From: Chlorokybus atmophyticus
Taxonomy: Eukaryota; Plantae; Mesostigma and Chlorokybus algae
Assembly (NCBI GenBank): GCA_009103225.1
Contig: RHPI01001116.1
Location: forward strand, 639,267-703,266
DNA: 64,000 nt
Direction of reading: 5' to 3'
A program made the position numbers and the translations under genes. Below are positions 12,478 to 24,426 of this stretch, piece after piece. The first letter of the stretch is position 1. Every line of letters starts with the position of its first letter. The notes beneath the pieces were generated by a model that was not told the DNA's origin, made no database searches, and saw only the letters and a program-made list of their open reading frames with translations.

Positions 12478-14430
12478 TGTTGCTGCTTAGCCTTCAATAT
12501 AGGGTCTTCTTGCCATCATTGGCCCGCAATCGTGTCACCGAGTATTACCACATGGACGCTGAGCGCATGCATTTCGCTTCAGACTTTTCCCACCATGGGG
12601 TATAATGTTAGCATGGCTTGTCGTCCTCGAGCGCGTCAATGTGTGTCTACGTTTGTTCCTGATTAGATTGGCAATCTGGCACTCGGTGTTGCTTCGATCC
12701 CGCACCATTGCCATGGACGAGTATGTCGATGTGGTGGCGGACCCGACCCCTTACACCCACTAGTATGGTGAGAGCTTCCTCGCATCCAACCCCGCCACCG
12801 CCATGGAGTCCTGGGCTTGCTCAGCTAGCGCTGCTGGCTTGCAAGTTCAACACGGTGAACTGCTGGTAGGGCCCATTGATGTCTCGTGTGTGTGCATGTG
12901 CGTGCGCGTGCGCGTGTGCATGTGTGTGTGCGTGTGCATGTGCATGCGCACGAGCGTGTCTGTTTGTGTTGTTGTTGTTGGTCTGTGTGTGTGCGCCTTT
13001 GACATGCCAGCTTCATGTGTGCGCAGGCGATGTGTACCAAGCTTCAAATCTCGATTTCACTCGGAGGTTTGCAGTTGCTTCCATCCGGTGATCGCCATGG
13101 AGAGATCATCAATGATGAAGCGCTTCATTAAATATAAGATTAACTGACTGACTTGCGCACGACCACCCTTGATGCGGCTTTTTAGTGCGAAACCAAGTGC
13201 ATGTTTAACAAAGCCAACGAGCTATACCACTGAACCGCTGCATACGCTCAGGCTGTCAAATCGCTCAAGCAAGCAGTTATCAGTCACTGGCAGTGGAGAG
13301 TAGTTCGAGGTGGGTGTTCACACGTGCACATGTGCACGTCATTAACAGAGGTTGCTAACAGTTTGTGTAGTCTCATGTAGGCCTTGTACAGCGCTGCATG
13401 CTCAGTTGGTGAGACCAACTACCTTTCGTACACGTGGTTTCCAAGTTCTAAGACGAGTCCACTATGGGCGTGTCTTGCCATCAAGTGCTGCAGTTGTTAA
13501 CAATGTGGCGCCTGCTGGACTGCTTAGTCTCTGAGGCCGATGGCGTGCTTGCGAAGGTGCTATTTTCTTGTCATGTTGTGTGCCATGATGTTGCTAGCAT
13601 GCATGTCCATATCATGTCCACAGACATTGTGCAGGTGCATGGAACGCGCAAGCTTTCTGGAGCAGGGCCACGCACAGTACATTATGGCTGTCGTCAACTC
13701 ACATCCTTTCCAGGTATTGCTTTCTTCAACATAGCTTGCTGATGGGTGTCCACAGCTGTACTTGTGATGTTATTGCATGGCCAGTTGTGTCGGTTATGCT
13801 AGGGTCCTGCAATGCTTGCACCAGGGTCCTGCAATGCTTGCACTTCAACCATGATAGGCACGATTGGGCGGGCAGCACAACGGTGGTATTGAAACTTCTA
13901 CTGCCTGATATCCGGTTACTATAAGGATGATGTACAGGTCAGGTGCATGTCTTAACCTCACGCATTGGCAGTCACGCATGCATGCGACTGCAACTGCGTA
14001 TGCACACGCATCCATCCCCNNNNNNNNNNNNNNNNNNNNNNNNNNNNNNNNNNNNNNNNNNNNNNNNNNNNNNNNNNNNNNNNNNNNNNNNNNNNNNNNN
14101 NNNNNNNNNNNNNNNNNNNNNNNNNNNNNNNNNNNNNNNNNNNNNNNNNNNNNNNNNNNNNNNNNNNNNNNNNNNNNNNNNNNNNNNNNNNNNNNNNNNN
14201 NNNNNNNNNNNNNNNNNNNNNNNNNNNNNNNNNNNNNNNNNNNNNNNNNNNNNNNNNNNNNNNNNNNNNNNNNNNNNNNNNNNNNNNNNNNNNNNNNNNN
14301 NNNNNNNNNNNNNNNNNNNNNNNNNNNGTTCAACAACAATTCATTGCCGGTTGCAATGTTGAATTCAAGAGCGGTCAGCTGCGGGACCAGTCTAGCCGAG
14401 CTGCGCTTGCCCAGTTGGTGCATATATAGG
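12478..14430 (+). other. Unassigned spliced exon-like fragments, possibly a disrupted gene, interrupted by an N gap
   Basis: Exon-like blocks bounded by cag/gt: VLLLSLQYRVFLPSLARNRVTEYYHMDAERMHF, DVYQASNLDFTRRFAVASIR, CMERASFLEQGHAQYIMAVVNSHPFQ, QQFIAGCNVEFKSGQLRDQ. No consistent frame or family could be established. Confidence 0.3.
14020..14327. other. Assembly gap (N run)
   Basis: Run of N. Confidence 0.99.
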
Positions 14431-15072
14431 TTGTTGCTTCCAATGCAAACGCAGACTCCGGAAAGCAGACTGACAGGTTAATACCCGTCTATTGTTTACA
14501 GTCAACTTGCTGCTTCTGGTTTACTATGTTCCAACTATACGACCCTTTCTGCTGCTACCAGGGTTGGCCGAGCTGTAGCTAACCAAAGCTGCTTGTTTGC
14601 ACAATTGTCGCAGGGTACTGGTATGCTGTGGATGTTGCCATTTGACAGACATAATCTGTTCAGCACCATCCAGAATTTTATGTGGTTTTTAGTTGTGGGG
14701 AAGGAATTTGCATGGCTGAAAGATTACACCATTACAGATTTGCAGTAATAAGTAATGCGTTAGAATTCACCTTTACATCACAATAAGGCAAACAAGATCC
14801 TTTGCTACACGGCCAAGTGAACAATACACATCAACAATCACCCGTAGGTGACTAAATCCGCGCACATAATTATCACTATCGTGAAGACTGTCACAACTGT
14901 GCTGCATGCAAATGTGAACATGTTCGCACACTGATATGTCTGAAGTCAATTTTTGAATACACGAAAAATCAACATGCAATAATCTATCTCTTGTCTACTG
15001 TTGCACACAATCCAACAGTCTTGCCAAATGACAGCTGGCTACTGCATCATCTATGTCTCATTAACTAACGAT

Positions 15073-15760
15073 CTAATGGAAGATACATGTAGGCAGATAC
15101 GGCACGTTGCCGAGAGGGGTGTAACCCAGCTTGGGAAAGCCCCACGCCTGCTCAATACTCTTGAGAACTGCAAAAACACAGCGGCATGAAGAATACACTA
15201 CAAAGAGCATGTATGCAAAAGTCAACTGAACCATTGCGTTCAACAAACGTACCAGTCAAGTGGTTGTGAGGAAAGTCGATGACACCACATCTACGAGAAG
15301 CAAGTATATTAGTCATGTTACCAACCACGGTATACTCAAATGCATATACATTCGTTTTGTTAACGCAGCAGATGTGCTGTGTATGTCTTACCTGCTGGTA
15401 GTCTGGCTGTACGCGTACATGGCAACAGTTCTACCACCACCATACGTGGAGTTAGTAACTCCCTTGCCCATGTATACTCCCTCCGCGCAATCAACATTGT
15501 TGACAGGGTCTGATGACACACGACAGAAACATAAGTAAAGACAGCACAGAACAGTTCACACCCATCACACTACTGGGGTGATAAGTACTAAATGTAACTC
15601 ACCGTTGTTGCTGCCAGCGGTATAGCCCAGGGGATTCATGGGCGAGGCACAGCAACCCTCCGTAGTTGAATAGTCATTCTCATCCCTGCACATACGCACA
15701 CAATGTAGTTTGGCTCTGAGACAAAGAAAACCCACGCACTCTCATAACAGCAAGCAGTGT

Positions 15761-15802
<42 letters not shown>

Positions 15803-16848
15803 AGTTGACAATGAGAAGAGTCTTCTTGGCCTTCCAGGCTTTGGATGCGGTGACATTGGCGACAAAGTCAGCGATGAACTTGTCTCCCACCAAGTAGTTA
15901 GTAGCCTCGTCAGGGCATTCTTGGGTGCCGTGCATATCATGGCACTGCAAACCACAATATAATCAGAACAACACAGAGACAGAGAGACACAGAGAGCGAG
16001 AGAGGGGTGCTGCAATATCCATTGCTTGCCTGGTCTGGGGCAACAAATGAGAAGGCAGGGAGTTTGTTACCCTCCAGGTCCTTGACGAAAGTCTCAAACC
16101 CAGTGTTACGGTTGGCGTACTTTGCTTGGCGGGTGAAGTTGAACATGGCGCATGGGTTGTGCTTGTACTTGTACCGGCCCGCTAGTGGTCCATCAGCGGG
16201 ATAGGCGTCTGCGACAGCACATGCATGACCACATCAGTCGAAATACCAACATACTCAACTAGTACCACATAGCAGTACTCTCGTCATACGCATGCAGGGG
16301 AGGTAGTCTGCCTAGTACCCACCACCAAGATAGCCATCATATGGGATGGACTGGCTGTAGCACTTCCAGGTCATGCGGTGATTCGACAGCTGCTCGAAAA
16401 GGCTGGGAATAGAGTACACCTGTGCGTACGCACACAGCATGCGTGAGAGGCACTGACAGGAAACAGGCATGATTATTATACTGGCTACACAGCCTACTCC
16501 TTGGCGACACTTACGCTGTCCCCATCGCCGTGATCACACTGGTTTGTGCCCGCAACAATGGAAACATCTGCAGAAACACGCAGTGTATGAGAGAGAAAAA
16601 GCATAGAAGTAATGAGCACTAAAACAAGACAACAGCACGCCCGTGCAGATCTTTACACCACTTACAGTTGGGCTCGCTGTCATGGGTGTACCCATAGTAG
16701 TTGGGAGCAGAGTTGTACTCCTTCAGCAGCCTGTGCATGTTGGGGAAGTATGGCGACGTCAGGATCTCGTCGTACGCCGTGTTCTCCATCATCAGGATGA
16801 TCTGCACGCACAGTTGATCAACCCTCTAACAGGCGCCCACAGGCAGGG

Positions 16849-16884
<36 letters not shown>

Positions 16885-17029
16885 ATGCTGCACGCACCAC
16901 ATGGTCAAAGTTAGGGTAGTGTGGCCCGCAATGCTTCTTGGGTGTGGCGACCGCTGTGGGGCAGGTGGAGGCGGCCAGCAGCAGGGCCAGGGCGCAAGCC
17001 AGCAGCGCAGCGTTAGATTGTTTCGCCAT
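15073..17029 (-). CDS. Secreted phosphoesterase / acid phosphatase (Phosphoesterase family, fungal/bacterial acid-phosphatase-like), about 10 exons
   Basis: Signal peptide MAKQSNAALLACALALLLAAS. Motifs NFDHVIILMMENTAYDEI, NYYGYTHDSEPNYVSIVAG, MTWKCYSQSIP, YKYKHNP, LPAFSFVAPDQCHDMHG, LLIVNWDEND, YGGGRTVAM and HNHLTVLKSIEQAWG match the family pattern. Confidence 0.85.
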
Positions 17030-18498
17030 GGTTGCCGCCTAAACAACTCTCACACACACTCTGCAAACTGTGTCACCTTTACAACAAAGGTAGAAGTCAG
17101 TCTATTTTATATATGCACTGGAGGGGGACTGAGAGTACACATTTGTGCTTCGGCGGCTGCATGCAGTGGCAAAGCGCACATTCGCTTGCATGCAAAGCGG
17201 CGCAATCATGCCCGGGATAAAGCGAGCCGACATGCTTTGTTCCTTCTTCACAAAGGTGCGCCACCACCACCATGGCGATACCACGTACCACCAAACCTCT
17301 TCCTCTACATCTATACGGAGGAATCTGTATCTGTGCGATCTCAGGCCTAAGCAAGGCAGTTGTGCATGGGCATCTGATCCTCATAGGCCTATTGGTGATG
17401 ATGGTGCATGCATGCACCCCTTGTCTTCTCAGCTGAGAGTGTCCTTCTCAGCAGGGAAAAAGGGGGCACTTGTCTTTCTTGTTCTAAAACAGAACGACAG
17501 GCGCCAGTCCAATCAGTCGCTGCGGCAGAATATACCCGCATCACCGACAACAACCATCATCACAAGTACAAGTATCATCATGAAAAGGGCGCTACGGCGG
17601 AATGTCCCGCACACCGTGACATGACACTGTCCCCAGGTCTGACCGCTCCAAACAAGTGCACACCGACCACCGCTCACTTAGACTGACCAACTTGGTTAAA
17701 CTCTCCCTCTTGGAACCGAGCCACTGGCAGCCACCGACGTCCGTCTCTATTCAGAGTCTCTAACAGGAAACAGACCAACTCGACCAACTTAATTAATTAA
17801 CTGAACTAACGGACCGTCGACTGCGTCGACATTCTGAGGCGAGAGGGCGAATATGCTGGGTAGTGGCGGCTGCGCAGTCCTCTTATGTTGGACACACAGT
17901 CCACCCAAGATCTTTAAGATAGTACCTACGTCAGAGATCCGGCGAACATGTTGGAAACGGGGTGCATGGACCACCGTGTCATTGTCCGCGACGAAGAGAT
18001 GGACTGTGATACCATACCATACCATACCATACCACCCACACTGGTATCCACACTGCATAATCGCCCAATGCAAAGAACAGCTGCTTGCTTTTTCCTTACA
18101 TTGAGTACCAATGCATTGATGCACATCTTCGGCATGCATTGTGCCTACATGCATTGATAACTCTTCCACACAGGTCAGGTGACGAATTCTGCAATTACGT
18201 GGTTTCCATATCAATGGCATGAATTGCTGATATGCCCAATCACACACGCGACATGATACCACTCCGTCAGGCCCTAAACTAGTTGCAGGCCGAATTGGGT
18301 GGAGAATTGGGTTAATTGGGTGAAACTGTGACAATCTGCAGCAAGCTTTTGCCCCGCTTCATTTTGTTGATGGCACCCTCTTGCACAATATTCTTGTGCT
18401 CGCGGCGGTAACCGCGACGACTATTCTTACACGTGTACTTGTGTCAGCAGGCGCAAATAATATACGTGTCGTGCAGCTGCTGCACTTGTGGTGCATAG

Positions 18499-19003
18499 TG
18501 TAACAATTGGGGCCCGACCACTAGGCTATGGTAGTAAAAGACACTATCATAAGTGAGGTCTGTCACAATTTATCCCAATTCGTGACATTCCTCCCCAATT
18601 TAACCTATGAGGTCCTTATCATCTAATGAGGCACTAGCCCACGTCGCCGTGTCGCGGCCGTACCACGATCGGTCCGCCCGCGGCCTGTTGGATCCGGCCC
18701 ACGAACGGTCCGAACCGACCAAACGGCCAACCTCACCATGCGACCCGCCATTGCAGCACGACCGCTCACGCGGCCTTGGTTTGAACTGGCTCGGCGCGCA
18801 GGTCGTAATCCCGAGCCCAGCCTAGGGCAAGCCGCCTCAAATGTTTTTGTTTTTGCCTTAAATCTGCCTCAGTCTCCTACGGGAATTGAACCTGACGTCA
18901 AGCTCCGTTACCATTGTAACAATTGGGGCCCGACCACTAGGCTATGGTAGTAAAAGACACTACCATGAGTGAGGTCTGTCACAATTTATCCCAATTCGTG
19001 ACA
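18499..19003 (-). mobile_element. TRIM-like non-autonomous LTR retroelement (505 bp; 89-bp LTRs)
   Basis: Direct repeats 18499-18587 and 18915-19003 differ at 2 of 89 nt and have TG...CA ends. On the minus strand, PBS TGGTAACGGAGCT (18913-18901) follows the 5' LTR and PPT GGGGAGGAA (18596-18588) precedes the 3' LTR. No coding capacity and no 5-bp TSD found. Confidence 0.8.
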
Positions 19004-19059
19004 GTTTCGGTACATATAAGAAAAGAAGCAGGGATAGAAGGTGAGGGTTGGGGCATAAA

Positions 19060-21000
19060 AAATGGCTTGGTGAAAACTTAGATGTTGATATGCGCATTAG
19101 GTGAGGTTTGGCTTTGACCGGTCTACTCGCTGATCGTCGGCAGGACGCCGCAGTTTCGTACCGCCCGCTATCCTGGCCCAATGCAAGCGTGCTCAAGTGT
19201 ACTCCGTACGCGCGTCGCGTTCACTCAAAGAGTCCCATCGCGCTGGTCGCATAACTTTTGTTTGGCCGCCAGGAACCGGACGCGGCAAAAGCAAAGTTGT
19301 AGAGCTACAACTCTGCTTTTTACCGTTTGTTAAAATACTGAACGACGCGAAAATTACACGCCGAGTAAGTTCATAATAAGCAATTTAGCTCTCATGACTG
19401 CCGAAGCGGCTTGAGACTCTCAAGCTGAGAGTGGACTGTTTGGGGTCGAACCTCGCCTAATGAATTCACAATTCTGATACCATTACCATGCATCTTCAAC
19501 CGCCCCGCGTGTTTTCACTAACTTCTATTTCTACATGGATAACTACCCGAATATTTATGCTGCAGGGAAAGTTCTCAATCCACCAGCTGCCAGGTTGGTC
19601 TACATGTGAACCTTAACCATTACGATCTCACATTTGTGGCTGAGAAATTCTCCATCGTGGCGTTATCTGCTATTGAGACATGCAGCGTGTGGTAAGTTAC
19701 AGTTCGTATAATTGCAACAAGCTTGAAGAGGCTTGAACCTGACAACACACACTACACAAGGCATCAATGTAGGCTAACACAGAGCGAGTCGGTGCCTATG
19801 ATCTATGAGTTCTTATAATTAATATAGCATATTAAACTGCCACGTTACGCGACACATGTAGAGCTTTTATCGAGCCGACACGCTGCCAGTGAGCACAGTG
19901 AGAGCTCAGATGCCATCTAGTTCATCGCAAACCACAAGATGACTTGCGGATTGCCACTTGCGTGATAGCCTTGGCAATGAATGTAAGTTTAAATATATAA
20001 CAACCTCCGAAAGATACATGTAGTTGAGAAACAGGTGTTTTTCCAAGCTGCAATTAATGTGACAGTGGGCCTTTTATGTTATATTGATATCAAAGGGGGG
20101 TTTATACTTTTAAGGGTGGAGATTACTAATTTCTATGCAGGGAATGTGTTAACATGTGCTGCGAAGTAAGCGCACCCCACATCAGCTCGAGGAGGGCCTC
20201 TGGAACAACCAGGCTAAGGCTTTAGCCGCTAAGCACCCCACACACACTATCAGAGTGGATTAACTCCTCTCTTGGATTTGGTTGCCCATGGGCAACCAAG
20301 CGTTGACAACATTGTGTTTGAACCCTCTGTTGGCAACGTACGCCCTTATGTACTCCCCCTTGCCCTCCGACCTACCTCATCTATGGTAGGGATTTTTGGC
20401 TTTCACTAATACTGTGGCGCATGCATCGCAATCGACCAACACGATGATTTTTAAAATTTATACCATAGAATCACGATGGTGACTTCATCTCGCATCAAGA
20501 ACAAACCCATCATGGGTTCGTTTTTCACGCGAGATAAAGTCGGGATGACACTTCCGTGCTTGTGTGATCATGTCACATGGCTGTGCCACATGCGTTATTG
20601 ACATAGCTACGTACGTCGAAAGTGACGCTCACCCATGCCTTCTCCAATCCAACATGCTAAAGATCGCATGGGCCAAAGGACAGGCTATGCATGAGCACAC
20701 CTCAACTTTATAATTGGACATCATCGCATTGCTTGCTATGAAACGGAGATACTTGTTGAAAACACATCATGCTATTATTAGCTTGCTTTATTATTATAAC
20801 CGGCAACTACTACGGATTGTAAACTTGAACTTATTGAGGTTGTTAATCACTTTTACACTATTGTTGTGTGAATGATTAAAAACGATCCGTTCATGAAGCA
20901 AAACCGTCGTTTGGTATTAAAAACACTTATTGATTTATATTGAATAAATAAAGCGTATTATTATCAAATCATCAGCATCCACAATTTACAAACATGTTCA
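19060..21000. mobile_element. Probable degenerate DNA-transposon remnants (AT-richer, ORF-free)
   Basis: Non-coding. Contains CATAACTTTTG...GCAAAGTTGTAGAGCTACAAC, which resembles plant Mutator-like subterminal sequence. Termini were not identified. Confidence 0.3.
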
Positions 21001-21437
21001 TTGGTTGTGGAGGCCTGTGATTATGCTGGACCGTATGCACATGCAATTATATAGATTCAAGTTTAATTGCTCAACCGTATCAACACGTACACTTATGCCA
21101 TACATATCACTGCATCATTGATGTACATTATGCAAACAAACATGCGCAGTGCATCCTTATCAAGGTGTATACATACTCCAATATTATATCTATGGATTAT
21201 TGATATGTACATTATTATTGTATACATCAGTATGATACATGTTTACTAATATAAGGCTCATCCTACGACATCATTTTTTGCTGCAATAGGCTATCGTACT
21301 TGTGCAAATACAAAACCCCTTTACAAGCAAATCCCCTTCCACCACCCTGCCCCCCCATTATAAAAGACGGGGGTGGGCTGGGCGGGGGGGTGAGGGTGAC
21401 AAACAAAGCCCCAGATGCAATTGAAGGTGTTGTTATG

Positions 21438-21547
21438 NNNNNNNNNNNNNNNNNNNNNNNNNNNNNNNNNNNNNNNNNNNNNNNNNNNNNNNNNNNNNNN
21501 NNNNNNNNNNNNNNNNNNNNNNNNNNNNNNNNNNNNNNNNNNNNNNN

Positions 21548-21641
<94 letters not shown>

Positions 21642-21647
21642 GGGGGG
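21438..21647. other. N gap followed by poly-G run (probable sequencing artefact)
   Basis: About 110 N followed by about 93 G. Confidence 0.85.
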
Positions 21648-23146
21648 CGTTTAACTTGATTCAAATCACGGTACTGATGAAGGCGCCGGTGTTACCATCA
21701 TGCACATATAATACTATGAAATGCTACACTAATTGCAAGTTATTATCACAACATGAACAACATAAATGACTCGAACTCTTGCTGTTGACAGGCTTGCCCT
21801 CAAACATGAGCATGACCCAAGTGACAATCAAGTCATGAAAGCTGAATTATAGTCTCATTCGAATAACTAGGCAATCATGGTTGTTGACAAACGGGCATTA
21901 AATCAACATGACGTTGGGTAGGCTAGGAGCAACTTCTGATTGGAATAACTAGGCTTATATCCCATACAGCAGTTCCACAGGGCATGGGCTGCGCCGTTCA
22001 ACCTTGTGATGCTGCCAAGTGGCAGCACAGCCCTCATGCCTTTGCTCACTGGCAGTGCAGTGAGTCACTCCTACCTAGGTAGTGTTATAAACGTTTACCA
22101 CGTTGGCTGGAGATCTGCGAAGCGCGAGGATCGTCAAAGAGTCACAACCCAACAGCACGTGGGGGTCATGTGTGCAAGGTCCATGAACCACGGAGACGGA
22201 GCATAAGGCCATCTGTAGGTCTATTCCCGCCCCGCTGCATAATTTAACAAATGCCACCACGCTGAAATTCTTATAGCGCGACACGTGGCGGTCGCCGCCT
22301 GCTTTGAGCCGGTTAAGCATCCCGACAATTGCGTGGACCGGTCCGGACAGCTCGCCCTGTCTGGCAACGTTTGCAGCTCTTCCGGCGCAGGGACCCGCCG
22401 GAGCCTTGTTGCTGGCTGGCAGTTTTCGGCCCTTAGCTCCGCGTCGTGAACCGGACCAAGCAGACGGGCAGGCCCTCTTCCCGCCAAATGCGGGACCGGT
22501 CCACGCCGAAGACGACACGATTGACCGGCCTGAGGTCGCAGTTACTCGCCGTCACAACGCCGTCAAGGGACCAACGGCAAACAACCACTCCTGTCCATGC
22601 CGTTCTAGTCTTGCCCTCAATCCTGACCTACGGTCCAGCTTTGCCGTTGACAACGTGTTTAAGCTTGAACGGTGGACGGGCAATGGCAGGTTGTGAGGAT
22701 TCAAATTGCCGTTAAACCGCTACTGATACAAATAATGGAGCACTTCGCTCGAAACTGCACTTGTTGCTTGAGTGGCCATTGCGTGACCAAGCCAGCGGCA
22801 GCGGCGGCGGCGGCGGCGGCGGCGATAGCGATCGTGGGCAGCGGTGTTCTTAAGCATCTGGGTGGGATTGGCCTTGTTTTAGCTTAGCACCTGTGGAGAG
22901 CAGCTCCAGAGCGGTAGTGCTTCTAAATCCAGGTGCGGATAGCAAGGGGAGGAGTGGCAGTTGGGTGGCTTTGTACACACCTGATCACAGGCGAGACCAG
23001 GCCGAACCAGGCCAAAGCAGGCTACAGGCTCCCTGCATCAAGAGAGTGGTGCTGACTGAGATCCAGCAGCAACTCGATAACAAGGAGATTCACCCCTTGA
23101 ATGGTGAAGGCCCGCGAGGTGGCGCTCAGGAGTGAAGAAGGACAGA

Positions 23147-24426
23147 ATGGCCTGCGCTGTTGCACTGTTGACGCTGCTGGCTGCAGCTGCCAGCTGGCAG
23201 ACTGCAGAAGCCACAACTACTTACAGAACAGCTCCGTACGGGTACGTCTTCAATACAACTCTTGCATTGTCACCCATCACACAATGCAAAATTGACGTCT
23301 TTGTAATGCTGACACTAGGAGCCCTTGCTCGGCAAGTTGCTAACGTGTATCTGTGTATGTGTGTGATTAAACAGAGGGTGGAACACCGGAGTTGCCACAT
23401 TTTACGGAGGTTCAGATGGTGGCGCATGCGGCTACGGCAAAATGCCCATGAATCCCTACGGCCGCATGCTCACTGCAGGTCAGTACTTACAACACTCGCA
23501 CGCAGACACACATGTATGCTAGCACACGCACAACTACAGACATGCAAGTGCATGTACATGTGCACGCACACGCAACATGATGTGCCCTCACTGCACTGTA
23601 TGACACCCATGCATGCAGCTGACCAGCTCTGTTTGCTAACACCGCTTCCTCCTCCCCGCAGTTAACAACAAGTCGCTGTGGAAGAACTCTTACGGTTGCG
23701 GGACGTGCCTGCGAGTGAAGTGCGTTGGATCCAAGTACTGCTCCGGGCGCAGTCTCGAGGTGATGGTCACGGACAACTGCCCTGGCGGCTGTGGTGGAGA
23801 TAAGAACCTACTGGACATGTACCCAGAAGCATTCAAAGTGCTGGCAAACCCTATTGCGGGCATCATCAATGTGCAGTTCCAAAGGTGAGATGAGCAATCA
23901 GTCTGCATTACCTGCATGTGGGTGTGTGCGTGTATCTTGATAAAAATGACCCTCCACATGATGTTCAACCTTTGTCATCCTTGCAGGGTGCCATGCACCA
24001 AGCTCCAAGGCTCCATCAGCTACTCCATCGATCCGGGCAGCAACCCCTTCTGGATGCGTTTCATGATCAAGAACGTCAAGGGACCAGGCTCCATTGTAAA
24101 GGCCATGGTGAGTGATAGAGAACTCACTTACTCCCCGTCCATACCATGCCAGCCACCATCAAGAACCTGCCTCTGACCGTGGTTCTGTTTGACGTTGTGT
24201 CCAGTTTAAGGAGAACAAGGCTGGTGCCACATGGCGAGCCATGTCCCGGGACCCCAACGCGGGTGCGCGTTGGGTCATTACAGCTGAGGGCGGGAAGCCT
24301 CTCAACCCTCCTTTCTCCTTCATGGTGCAGGCGGACATCACGAGCGAAAAGGTGTATGCGTACAATGTTGTGCCGAAGAACTACGCCATAGGAAGGTCTT
24401 ACTACAGAGGGCAGATGTGGAAGTGA
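23147..24426 (+). CDS. Expansin (beta-expansin-like; DPBB + CBM63 domains), 5 exons
   Basis: Signal peptide, then GWNTGVATFYGGSDGGACGYG, GCGTCLRVKC, VMVTDNCPGGC, NLLDM (HFD position), FQR|VPC, GSNPFWMRFMIKNVKGPG, W..M..., PLNPPFSFMV and VVPKNY.IGRSY. Exons 23147-23240, 23384-23488, 23662-23884, ~23987-24107, ~24205-24426. Confidence 0.92.

Noticed and set aside
14328-14430. Resemblance of QFIAGCNVEFKSGQLRDQSSRAALAQL to the C-terminus of NADPH-dependent FMN reductases
   Set aside because: Too short, and the upstream exons lack the family's PEYN and GS.R motifs.
15764-16882. (CA)n and (GA)n microsatellites in phosphoesterase introns
   Set aside because: Ordinary intronic microsatellites.
18499-19003. 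Possible CRISPR-like repeat-spacer unit (palindromic direct repeats)
   Set aside because: Only two 89-bp repeats in a eukaryotic genome, with PBS and PPT. An LTR element explains it better and no cas genes are present.
19470-19484. CTGATACCA, the reverse complement of an iMet PBS (TGGTATCAG)
   Set aside because: Only 9 nt match, no adjacent CA-ended LTR or second LTR was found, so it is not called as an element.
21548-21647. Poly-Gly/poly-Pro ORFs from long G runs (also 44456-44650 and 63043-63123)
   Set aside because: Pure homopolymers abutting N characters are typical of no-signal G calls in two-colour sequencing or of gap filling. They are not treated as genes or G-quadruplex arrays.
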